Below are positions 48,511-56,772 of a stretch of 64,000 nt of DNA, in pieces; position 1 is the first letter of the stretch, and each line of letters opens with the position of its first letter. Both the position numbers and the translations under genes were made by a program. This stretch comes from Candidatus Gorgyraea atricola (lineage in GTDB: Bacteria; Omnitrophota; Gorgyraeia; Gorgyraeales; Gorgyraeaceae): positions 733-64,732 of the forward strand of contig JAVCCW010000021.1 of assembly GCA_030765235.1 (NCBI GenBank), read 5' to 3'. The notes below the pieces were generated by a model. It made no database searches. It had not been told where the DNA came from and saw only the letters and a list, made by a program, of their open reading frames with translations.

Positions 48511-49570
48511 AGATAGTAAAATTGCCAAAAAGATCTCCATGGCCATTTTTGAAAAGGCTAAGGGCCTTGACCCTATAAATCTAATGGAGGTGTGCGGTAC
48601 GCATACAATGTCGATCTGTAAATTCGGCATTCGTCAGATGCTACCCGAACATATAAATCTTATCTCAGGCCCAGGATGTCCTGTGTGCGTGTCGCCAAAA
48701 TCCTATATAGATAAGGCAATAGCATTTTCCAGACTGCCCGATGTAATCTTGACTACGTTTGGAGACATGTTAAAGGTACCTGGTTCTAATTCCAGCTTGG
48801 CAGAAGAGAGGGCAAAGGGTGCCAATGTAAAAGTCGTATATTCCTGTTTAGATGCAGTAGATATTGCTGAGGAGAATCCTGATAAAAAAATAATATTTCT
48901 TGGCATAGGTTTTGAGACTACTTCTCCTACAGTTGCAGCAAGTATAGCATATGCAAACAAGAAAAAACTCAAGAACTTTTTCGTATATTCAGGACATAAA
49001 ATAATTCCTCCTGCGATGAAGATATTGATCGCTGATGACGATATCAATATAGATGGCTTCCTGTGCCCTGCGCATGTAAGTACTATTATAGGTACCTTGC
49101 CCTATAAGACCATTAATATACCCTGCGTCATAGCAGGTTTTGAGCCACTAGATATCTTACAGGGCATCTTGATGCTCGTAGAGCAGATCGCGTCAGGCGC
49201 AATAAAGGTTGAAAACCAATACAAGAGAATAGTGAAAGAACAGGGCAATAAAAAGGCTTTGCATTTATTAGAAGATGTTTTTACAATAGAGGACTCTGAG
49301 TGGCGAGGCATGGGAGTATTGCCTAAAAGCGGCATGAAGATTTCTAAAAAATATTCTATGTTTGACGCTGAGAAGTCATTTAAGCTACCAGAGATAAAAA
49401 CTGCGTCTGACAAAGGATGTATGTGCGGCAATATACTTAAAGGTATAAAGACGCCATTTGATTGCAGGTTATTTGCCAAGAAATGTACACCTGAAAAACC
49501 CCAGGGCGCGTGCATGGTCTCAAGCGAAGGCACATGCGCAGCGTATTATAGATATCAAGTGAGGACATAA
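48488..49570 (+). CDS. hypD: Hydrogenase maturation protein HypD
   Basis: MEVCGTHT, GPGCPVC, GFETT, CMVSSEGTCAAYY. Confidence 0.97.
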   Translation: MKYLDEFRDSKIAKKISMAIFEKAKGLDPINLMEVCGTHTMSICKFGIRQMLPEHINLISGPGCPVCVSPKSYIDKAIAFSRLPDVILTTFGDMLKVPGSNSSLAEERAKGANVKVVYSCLDAVDIAEENPDKKIIFLGIGFETTSPTVAASIAYANKKKLKNFFVYSGHKIIPPAMKILIADDDINIDGFLCPAHVSTIIGTLPYKTINIPCVIAGFEPLDILQGILMLVEQIASGAIKVENQYKRIVKEQGNKKALHLLEDVFTIEDSEWRGMGVLPKSGMKISKKYSMFDAEKSFKLPEIKTASDKGCMCGNILKGIKTPFDCRLFAKKCTPEKPQGACMVSSEGTCAAYYRYQVRT

Positions 49571-49978
49571 GTTACGTCAATCTTTGATTGACGTAACTTA
49601 TAAGTCCGAACTTGACCCCCACACCAATTATGTATTATGTATATGTGATAAAAAGCAGAAAAGACAGTGAGTTGTATATAGGATTTACAAATGATCTAGA
49701 GCGTAGAATGAGAGAACATGATAGAGGTAGAGTTTCTTCTACTAAAGCAAGAGCGCCTTTTAAATTGGTGTATTGTGAGGCATATGGCTCTGAAAAGGAT
49801 GCTCGAGCTAGAGAGTTAAACTTAAAATTAAGATCTCGTGCTTTTACGCAGCTGAAGAAACGAATAGAAGCAAGCGTATCTACATAATTGGTGTGGGGGT
49901 AAATTCGCACCTTCACAGAAGTTAATCAAGGAGATTCAGTTGCATCATCCTATGGATGATGCAACTGAAGTGCTCATT
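49558..49978 (+). mobile_element. Composite hairpin element, copy C, carrying a GIY-YIG nuclease gene
   Basis: Same end units as copies B and D; 20-bp perfect inverted repeat 49615-49634 / 49881-49900 encloses the ORF. Confidence 0.9.
49630..49887 (+). CDS. Stand-alone GIY-YIG nuclease (85 aa)
   Basis: MYYVYVI...LYIGFTNDLERRMREH...ST...P..LVYCE...ARARE..LK. Confidence 0.93.
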   Translation: MYYVYVIKSRKDSELYIGFTNDLERRMREHDRGRVSSTKARAPFKLVYCEAYGSEKDARARELNLKLRSRAFTQLKKRIEASVST

Positions 49979-49979
49979 T

Positions 49980-50969
49980 ATGAAAAGAATAACATTATCT
50001 CACGGAAGCGGCGGGACATTGATGCATGAACTGATAAAGGAACTCTTTGTCAGGAATCTGGACAACCCATATTTACATAATTTAGGTGATGCCGCGCTTA
50101 TTGAGAAAAATCTGGCATATACAACAGATTCTTTTGTTATAAGTCCAATATTTTTCCCAGGCGGCGACATTGGAAAGCTCTCTATTTGCGGGACAGTGAA
50201 TGATCTGGCTGTTAGCGGCGCTAAACCTAAATATATTTCCTGCGGCATGATCGTTGAGGAAGGATTTGACTACAAGGATCTTGAGAAAATAACCCTATCT
50301 ATAAAAGCCACATGTAAAGCCTCGGGTGTGTATATAGTTGCAGGTGATTTTAAGGTAGTTGAAAAGGGCGCAGTGGATAAGATTTTTATAAATACATCAG
50401 GTGTAGGCGAGATGCACAAGGGCGCAAGACTTTCATCTAGACGCATAAAGCCAGGCGATAAGATCATCCTTAGCGGTACTATGGGTGACCATGCCGCGGC
50501 AGTGCTTATTGCAAGAGAAGAGCTAAAGTTTAAATCAAAGATCTTCAGCGACTGCGCGCCTTTAAATGGTCTTATATCGTCTATAATATCTAAAGACATA
50601 AGATTTATGCGGGATCCTACTCGCGGCGGACTTGCAACTACATTGAATGAAATCGCAATAGAGTGCGGCTATAATATGACTATCGACGAAAAAAAGATCC
50701 CAATAAAAGAAAATGTCAGGGCCTTGTGCGAGATATTAGGTATGGATCCTCTATACATGGCAAATGAGGGCAAGGTCATGCTGATAGTTTCAGAAAAATC
50801 AGCATCAAAAGTTTTGTCTCGCATAAAAAAACATCCCCTTGGAAAAAACAGTAGAATAATAGGGGAAGTTGAGAAGCGCAAAGACAAAAAAGTTTATCTA
50901 AAGACGAAAATCGGCGGAACCAGGATTGTAGACATGTTAACAGGTGAGCAATTACCAAGGATCTGTTAG
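49980..50969 (+). CDS. hypE: Hydrogenase maturation protein HypE
   Basis: LSHGSGG, TTDSFV, GTVNDLA, RDPTRGG, C-terminal PRIC; start moved to ATG 49980. Confidence 0.97.
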   Translation: MKRITLSHGSGGTLMHELIKELFVRNLDNPYLHNLGDAALIEKNLAYTTDSFVISPIFFPGGDIGKLSICGTVNDLAVSGAKPKYISCGMIVEEGFDYKDLEKITLSIKATCKASGVYIVAGDFKVVEKGAVDKIFINTSGVGEMHKGARLSSRRIKPGDKIILSGTMGDHAAAVLIAREELKFKSKIFSDCAPLNGLISSIISKDIRFMRDPTRGGLATTLNEIAIECGYNMTIDEKKIPIKENVRALCEILGMDPLYMANEGKVMLIVSEKSASKVLSRIKKHPLGKNSRIIGEVEKRKDKKVYLKTKIGGTRIVDMLTGEQLPRIC

Positions 50970-51157
50970 TGAGGGCATGAGTTACGACAATCAAAGATTG
51001 TCGTAACTCATGTGTCCGAACTAACCCCCACACCAATTGTGGTTTACAGTTATATAACTCATAATTGGTGTGGGGGTTAAATTCGCACCTTCAAAGAAGC
51101 TAAACACAGGAGATCAAGTTACGAAAATCAAAGATTTTCGTAACTTGAGTGCTCATT
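50968..51157 (+). mobile_element. Composite hairpin element, copy D (empty core)
   Basis: AGTGAGGGC-hairpin-GTCCGAACT, ACCCCCACACCAATT...AATTGGTGTGGGGGT, AATTCGCAC...hairpin-GTGCTCATT. Confidence 0.9.
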
Positions 51158-51159
51158 TA

Positions 51160-51492
51160 ATGCATGAAATAGGTCTTGTAGACGACATAATCAGTAAAAT
51201 AAAGACGGACTCAAAGGTAAAGAAGATCAATATCCTTATAGGTGAGCTCGAGCATATATCAGCAGATCACTTTGAATTTCACTTTAGAGAGCGCACAAAA
51301 GGCACAGCACTTGAAAACGTAAAACTTTCTTTTAAAAAAGTCGAGGCAAGATTTAGATGTAAGGATTGTAACACTGAATTCTCCCCAGACGAGGGCCTGA
51401 ATGGCTGCCCTAATTGCAAAAGCAAGCTAAGTGATGTGACAAAAGGCGCTGGTATCAGCATAGAGTCAGTAGAATATGGAAAGATTTTATAG
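51160..51492 (+). CDS. hypA: Hydrogenase nickel insertion protein HypA
   Basis: N-terminal MHE, CKDC and CPNC; start moved to ATG 51160. Confidence 0.93.
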   Translation: MHEIGLVDDIISKIKTDSKVKKINILIGELEHISADHFEFHFRERTKGTALENVKLSFKKVEARFRCKDCNTEFSPDEGLNGCPNCKSKLSDVTKGAGISIESVEYGKIL

Positions 51493-52216
51493 GAAGTGGA
51501 CAAATAGTAAAGATCTTATCGCGCAGGAAGTCATTGTGAGCGAGACAGATCTATTGATTTCTGCTGAGAAAGATATAAAAGAACCTGCAGAAAAACTTAT
51601 AAAAAAATTTAGGGCCCAGATAGAAGATTATATTAAAAAGCACCCTGAGTTTAAGACTAGCCTTGTGCCTCTGGAACTTCCAAGGCGAAACCTCCGCCAG
51701 CTATGTTGGCGGAGGTTTCGCCTTGGGATTATAAAGGATATGCTAGAGGCTTCAAAGCTCGCAGGAGTCGGCCCAATGGCAGCTATAGCGGGCGCGATTG
51801 CAGAATACGTTGGTAAAGGGCTTTTATCTGAGACAAAAGAGATTATAGTAGAGAATGGCGGCGATATATTCATAAAATCAGAAAAAGAACGCCATGTGGC
51901 CATATTTGCCGGCGATTCACCACTTTCCAACAAGCTCTCTATAAAAGTAAAAGCGCAGGATACGCCATGCGGCATCTGCACTTCTTCAGGCACAGTGGGC
52001 CATTCTTTAAGCTTTGGAAAAGCAGATGCATGTGTTATAATATCTAAATCAGTAGCTTTAGCAGATGCAGTAGCAACAGCAGCATGTAACAGGGTTAAAA
52101 CCAAGCACGACATAAAACCAGCGCTAGAATTCGCAACATCTATTAAAGGCATCCAAGGCGCATTGATAGTATTAGGTAAGGATTTCGGAGTATCAGGTAA
52201 TATTGAGTTAAAATAG
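51476..52216 (+). CDS. UPF0280 / COG2122 ApbE-like protein
   Basis: VGPMAAIAGAIA, VENGGDI, CTSSGTVGHSLSFGKAD. Confidence 0.9.
   Translation: MERFYRKWTNSKDLIAQEVIVSETDLLISAEKDIKEPAEKLIKKFRAQIEDYIKKHPEFKTSLVPLELPRRNLRQLCWRRFRLGIIKDMLEASKLAGVGPMAAIAGAIAEYVGKGLLSETKEIIVENGGDIFIKSEKERHVAIFAGDSPLSNKLSIKVKAQDTPCGICTSSGTVGHSLSFGKADACVIISKSVALADAVATAACNRVKTKHDIKPALEFATSIKGIQGALIVLGKDFGVSGNIELK
51680..51726. repeat. 20-bp-stem palindrome inside the UPF0280 gene
   Basis: CCAAGGCGAAACCTCCGCCA-gctatgt-TGGCGGAGGTTTCGCCTTGG. Confidence 0.93.
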
Positions 52217-52220
52217 TATT

Positions 52221-52285
52221 TTGTCATTGCGAGCGAAGTAATAGTAGGCCAGGTTTAAACCTGGCCTACTATTACGCAATGACAA
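52221..52285. repeat. GTAG palindrome, copy 4, nested in a second stem
   Basis: TTGTCATTGC-gagcgaa-[GTAATAGTAGGCCAGGTTTAAACCTGGCCTACTATTAC]-GCAATGACAA. Confidence 0.93.
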
Positions 52286-52300
52286 TTGTAGGAGGCGACA

Positions 52301-52708
52301 ATGGTTTCCAGGCGAATTGTGTTAAAGTTTCCACATAGATTATTGGATCAGCCTATAGTGTATAGGATGGTGAAGGACTATGGCCTGGAATTCAACATAT
52401 TAAAGGCATATGTAACTCCGAATGAACAAGGACTTTTGGTGCTCGAGCTTAGTGGTGACGACAAGAAGTTTGACAAAGCTGTGGCATATGCAAAGTCCAT
52501 TGGCGTATCAGTCCAGCCGCTTTCCAAAGACATAAAGCGCAATGACAAGAAATGCACTCACTGCGGCGCATGCGTCCCAATATGCCCCACAGAGGCACTC
52601 GTAATAGACCCAAAGACCCGCAAGGTCGAGTTCTACAGCGAAAAATGCATAGCCTGTGAACTCTGCATCAAAGCCTGCCCTCCCAGGGCCATGGAGCTGC
52701 ATTTTTAG
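52301..52708 (+). CDS. NIL domain-ferredoxin protein
   Basis: FNILKA motif plus CTHCGAC..ICP and CIACELC..ACP. Confidence 0.9.
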   Translation: MVSRRIVLKFPHRLLDQPIVYRMVKDYGLEFNILKAYVTPNEQGLLVLELSGDDKKFDKAVAYAKSIGVSVQPLSKDIKRNDKKCTHCGACVPICPTEALVIDPKTRKVEFYSEKCIACELCIKACPPRAMELHF

Positions 52709-52859
52709 AATCACAAGGCCTGTAACTCTAATATTTCCATATACTTACCCCACCCCAAGACGTCCCCAGTCATTTACCTTGCATATAGATGGGTTATAGG
52801 GTATAATTATATTGGTAAAGTAGTTAGCCTTAGGAAAAGGCTATTTTTGTGAGGAGATT

Positions 52860-54740
52860 ATGAGTAAGTTTGGAAAAGGTTACAATGTGAAAATAGTGTT
52901 ACTTATTATGGCTGTGGGATTTTTTATGTCTAATGCTGCTTATCCAGCAGCTTATTCTTTAAGAGTAGAAGTGGGAAGAGCAGTGGCAAATGGTAAATTA
53001 AAGGATGCTATGGAGCTGCAGCTCAGCAGGGAAGAGAGGGTTGTTCAGGCTTTTGAACTACTTCAGACACTAGCCAACGAAATGAAGATTGTTATTGAAA
53101 ATTCTAAATTTTTAGATATAAAAAAGAGTTTAAAAGAGTGGGCTGAGAGCAAAGATAAAAATAAAGATCCAGCCAAGGCTCGAACCTTAGCGCAAGATAT
53201 GTTTGATGAGTATAGGAAGATGAGAAAGATTTATCTTGAGAGATTTCAAAGCATTCTTAAGGATGAATATGACTCCGTGAAATATTTTGTTGATCTCGAT
53301 GGTAATGGCTATTTTAAGTTTACAGTGGATTATGATTTAGATGATAGATTAGGAAAGCCATTAATGCATTTTGGTAATTTAATAGAAAATGAAACAGTAG
53401 GCAATTTGGAACAAAAAATCAGAAGGGTTGTTGAAAAAAACGATGTATATTTACAGTTACTGGAGGATATAAAATCACCCACAGAAAAAGTCTTAACTGC
53501 TGCAGAAACTATGTTAGAAGCTAACATTGAGCCAGAAAAGACTTATAAATTTCTAGCTTATTATTACAGAATGAAAATGCAAGGGCAAACTGTAAAAGTC
53601 AAACCTGCATTATATGATGCAATAATAGAAAACATTGCTTTGATAAGTGATAAGGTTTTTATTAAAGAAAAAGAGGCTGATAATATAGATATGCAAGTCG
53701 CAAGAGTTTACAAGGCAGTATTCGGAGATATACTGCAGTCACTTTTGAATTTAAATAAGAAAGATATATTCAATAAAGCCGAGCAGACTCAAAGCGTAAT
53801 AAGAAAATTGGAAGATAATATAGAAGATAGGTTTAAAAAAGACAATGTTGAACAAATAACAAAAGATATATTAGGCTTAACAGAAGAAGACAATTCCTTT
53901 AACTTTGTAGTGTCTGTAATTCATACTGATAGAGATCGTTTTTTAGAGAATCTTAGGATTATAAAAACCCTGTTAACTGAGATAAAACCAGCTTCTATAA
54001 AAAGTTATATAGTTGAGGACATAAAACAGGCATATAGAAGAAAGCTTATCGAGGTAGCCACGCTATATCCTTCTGAGCAAGAGTGCAGAACGACTCTTTG
54101 GGGATATGCAATAGAGGCACCCGATTATAGTGGAATAGATATTGAATGTTTTACTGCTTATGTAGCAGGAGTGGCAAAGTTTCCGAATTTAGTTTTCTTT
54201 GAAAAAGGAAAGTTTCTTATTTGTGATATAGCTCCAGGAAAATTTGTTATTAATAAAGATGTTAAAGAAAACGATGTTATGGGGTCAGGAATTGCTCTTG
54301 GCGGTTGCGGGGTAGCTATTGTTAAAGGTGAGAGTGAAGATAAGATTGTAATGTCATTTACTCATCTTAGTATGGGAGGTTTTCATCTAAAGCATTTTTT
54401 AGATGAAGTTGATAATCTGAAGCTAAAAAACCCTCAAGTGATTTTTCTTATATATGAAAATAATAGATCAGGAATTACCAGAAATGAACTAAAAGAGTTG
54501 ATATATAATTGCTCTGAAGATAATCATCCAACTCTTTTTAGGGCACAAGAAGATAAAAGAGTGAAGATAATTGAAAGAAAAAGTAAGGCGAGAGTATTTT
54601 CTACCCCAGAAGGCATTATTATTGCTAAGGAATCTAATGTTTATCCCTTTTTATGGAGTGATATAGACTCTGTGCCAGCAGGTCATTTCAAATCCATAGA
54701 TGATCTATTAAAGGCTATTCTAATCAGTACTAATTTATAG
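52860..54740 (+). CDS. AT-rich secreted hypothetical protein, possible C-terminal CheD/CNF1-like deamidase domain
   Basis: Own promoter TTGCAT(52779)-17-TATAAT(52802), SD GAGGAG, signal peptide, ALGGCGVAIV...FTHLS. Confidence 0.6.
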   Translation: MSKFGKGYNVKIVLLIMAVGFFMSNAAYPAAYSLRVEVGRAVANGKLKDAMELQLSREERVVQAFELLQTLANEMKIVIENSKFLDIKKSLKEWAESKDKNKDPAKARTLAQDMFDEYRKMRKIYLERFQSILKDEYDSVKYFVDLDGNGYFKFTVDYDLDDRLGKPLMHFGNLIENETVGNLEQKIRRVVEKNDVYLQLLEDIKSPTEKVLTAAETMLEANIEPEKTYKFLAYYYRMKMQGQTVKVKPALYDAIIENIALISDKVFIKEKEADNIDMQVARVYKAVFGDILQSLLNLNKKDIFNKAEQTQSVIRKLEDNIEDRFKKDNVEQITKDILGLTEEDNSFNFVVSVIHTDRDRFLENLRIIKTLLTEIKPASIKSYIVEDIKQAYRRKLIEVATLYPSEQECRTTLWGYAIEAPDYSGIDIECFTAYVAGVAKFPNLVFFEKGKFLICDIAPGKFVINKDVKENDVMGSGIALGGCGVAIVKGESEDKIVMSFTHLSMGGFHLKHFLDEVDNLKLKNPQVIFLIYENNRSGITRNELKELIYNCSEDNHPTLFRAQEDKRVKIIERKSKARVFSTPEGIIIAKESNVYPFLWSDIDSVPAGHFKSIDDLLKAILISTNL

Positions 54741-54755
54741 CTGAAAATTTTTCCC

Positions 54756-54833
54756 TTGACACAATTCAGCGGTTGTATTATAGTTTACATAGTTACTTTT
54801 TATTTTGTCCTGAGTTTGTGATTTTTTTCACAA
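54756..54833 (+). promoter_or_regulatory. Sigma70 promoter followed by a Rex-like operator
   Basis: TTGACA(54756)-17-TATAGT(54779); TTGTGAtttttTTCACAA at 54816-54833. Confidence 0.7.
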
Positions 54834-54856
54834 AGTCCCGTTGAAAGGTAGTTTCG

Positions 54857-55879
54857 TTGGATAAGTATTTCATTAATCGGCCCAACCTTGATAGACTTGC
54901 CAGGTCTTTGTCGAAAACCTATAGGGTGTATGTACCTGTAAAAGAAGGAGAGAACAGGTACTATAAGAAGGTCAGAGATAAAGGGCTTGAGGGCGCGTGT
55001 ATAGGAGAGATACGGCCTGTACAGAGTATAAAGAGTTTCTTTTTTCCTGCTAGGACAAAGGTATCAGAATACTTTTCTGAAAAGACCTCAGATAAAAAAT
55101 CAAGACCAGTTGCCATAATGGGCGCAAAGGCGTGTGACCTTGCTTCCTTAAAGGTAATGGACTATGTCTACATGCAGGATTCTTTTAAGGATCCTTTTTA
55201 TGTTGCAAGGAGACAGGAAGGCCTGATTATCTCCAGCGACTGCACATCATTCGGTGAGACCTGTTTTTGCGTTTCATTAGGGCTATTGCCATATCCCACC
55301 GAGGACTTTGATATAAATCTTTCAGAGGTTGGTAGTGGATATGTAGTAGAAATAGGCTCTGATAAGGGCCAGAAACTGATAAAGGATTATTCCAAGCTTT
55401 TTCAGTCCGCGGATCTATATATTGATAAAAAAGAAGCGGCAAGAAAAAAGCTAAAGCTAGAGCTGGAAGCACATGTAAAGGCCAAGGCCATACCTTCAAA
55501 GGAGTTAATCCAAGAGCTTTTCAAGAAGAAGTTTGATTCAGACTTATGGGAAGAAACTGCAAAGACATGCGTTGAGTGCGGTGCGTGCAATGTGATTTGC
55601 CCTGCGTGCCACTGCTTTGTATTAAAGGATCAGAAGGTGGGCGAGGGCTTTGAGAGGCTGAGGATGTGGGATTCATGTCTTTTAATGTCTTTTTCCAGGG
55701 TAGCGGGCGGCGCGAACCCGAGAAAACTTCTGGCATCTCGTTTGCGGAATCGCTTTGATAAGAAGTTTAATTTCTTTCCAGATGTAATCGGCAAATTCGG
55801 CTGTACAGGCTGCGGCAGATGCACTGAGGCCTGCGCTGGGAAGATTGACATTCGAGAGGTTTTGAGCAAGTTATCATGA
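54857..55879 (+). CDS. 4Fe-4S dicluster protein (HydB/AsrA-like)
   Basis: CVECGACNVICPACHCF, WDSC, CTGCGRC. Confidence 0.88.
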   Translation: MDKYFINRPNLDRLARSLSKTYRVYVPVKEGENRYYKKVRDKGLEGACIGEIRPVQSIKSFFFPARTKVSEYFSEKTSDKKSRPVAIMGAKACDLASLKVMDYVYMQDSFKDPFYVARRQEGLIISSDCTSFGETCFCVSLGLLPYPTEDFDINLSEVGSGYVVEIGSDKGQKLIKDYSKLFQSADLYIDKKEAARKKLKLELEAHVKAKAIPSKELIQELFKKKFDSDLWEETAKTCVECGACNVICPACHCFVLKDQKVGEGFERLRMWDSCLLMSFSRVAGGANPRKLLASRLRNRFDKKFNFFPDVIGKFGCTGCGRCTEACAGKIDIREVLSKLS

Positions 55880-56700
55880 TAGATAATCCATATGTACCTA
55901 TAAAAGCTGAAGTTTTAGATGTTATCCAGGATTCTCCTACTATAAAGACAGTTAGGATGAAGCCTGAGAAGCCAATGCACTTTAAGGCAGGCCAGTTCGT
56001 GGAGATGACCATACCTGGATTAGGCGAGGCGCCTTTTACACCTTCATCTTCGCCATACGAGAAGAGCAAGATGGAGATCAGCATAATGAAGGTGGGAAAG
56101 GTTACAGATAAGGTACATGAGCTTAAAAAAGGTGATCTAGTAGGTCTTCGCGGACCTTACGGAAACGAATACCCGCTCAATGAATATGAAGGGAAAGATG
56201 TATTACTCGTGGGCGGTGGAGTAGGACTGGCACCTCTGCGCGCGCTATTCCTAGCGCTCGTGCATGACCTTAAGAAATACAAAAGCATAACATTCTGCTG
56301 CGGCTCAAAGACACCAGATGACATTATATATAAGGAGTGTGTACTTGATAAATGGCAGAAGATAGATAAGAATGTCAATTTCAGGGTAACTGTTGATAAG
56401 GGTGATGATAAGTGGAAGGGTGATGTTGGCCTTGTGACAACCACGCTTAATGATCTAAAGATCGATCTTAAGAATAGCGTGGCAATAGTGTGCGGCCCGC
56501 CCATAATGATGAAGTTTTCAACGTTTAAATTAATCGAGATCGGATATAAAGAGGATCAGATATATCTATCAATGGAAAAGAACATGAGCTGTGGCTTTGG
56601 CAAGTGCGGACACTGCAGGCTTGGGAATTTTTACGTGTGTAAGGACGGACCTGTGTTTAGGTACGACAAAATAAGCAAAATTCACGAGATCTGGGACTAG
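55876..56700 (+). CDS. FAD/NAD(P)-binding protein (HydG/AsrB-like)
   Basis: GQF, GEAPF, RGPYG, GGGVGLAP, CGPPIMM, CGFGKCGHC...CKDGP. Confidence 0.9.
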   Translation: MIDNPYVPIKAEVLDVIQDSPTIKTVRMKPEKPMHFKAGQFVEMTIPGLGEAPFTPSSSPYEKSKMEISIMKVGKVTDKVHELKKGDLVGLRGPYGNEYPLNEYEGKDVLLVGGGVGLAPLRALFLALVHDLKKYKSITFCCGSKTPDDIIYKECVLDKWQKIDKNVNFRVTVDKGDDKWKGDVGLVTTTLNDLKIDLKNSVAIVCGPPIMMKFSTFKLIEIGYKEDQIYLSMEKNMSCGFGKCGHCRLGNFYVCKDGPVFRYDKISKIHEIWD

Positions 56701-56702
56701 CA

Positions 56703-56763
56703 CAGAAAAAACCGAGGCTGGACCTCGGCTTTTTTTGCCGAGGTCCAGCCTCGGTTTTTTCTG
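56703..56763. repeat. Perfect 27-bp-stem palindrome (doublet of small hairpins)
   Basis: CAGAAAAAACCGAGGCTGGACCTCGGC-T7-GCCGAGGTCCAGCCTCGGTTTTTTCTG. Confidence 0.93.
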
Positions 56764-56772
56764 AGAGATGAA

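Noticed and set aside
49611-49904. Consistent target-site duplication around the inner cores
   Set aside because: Flanks (TTGA/TTTA, TTGA/TAAA, CTAA/TTAA, GTTA/TTCA) are similar but not identical; only the solo copy shows TTTA on both sides, so DDE-type transposition is not supported
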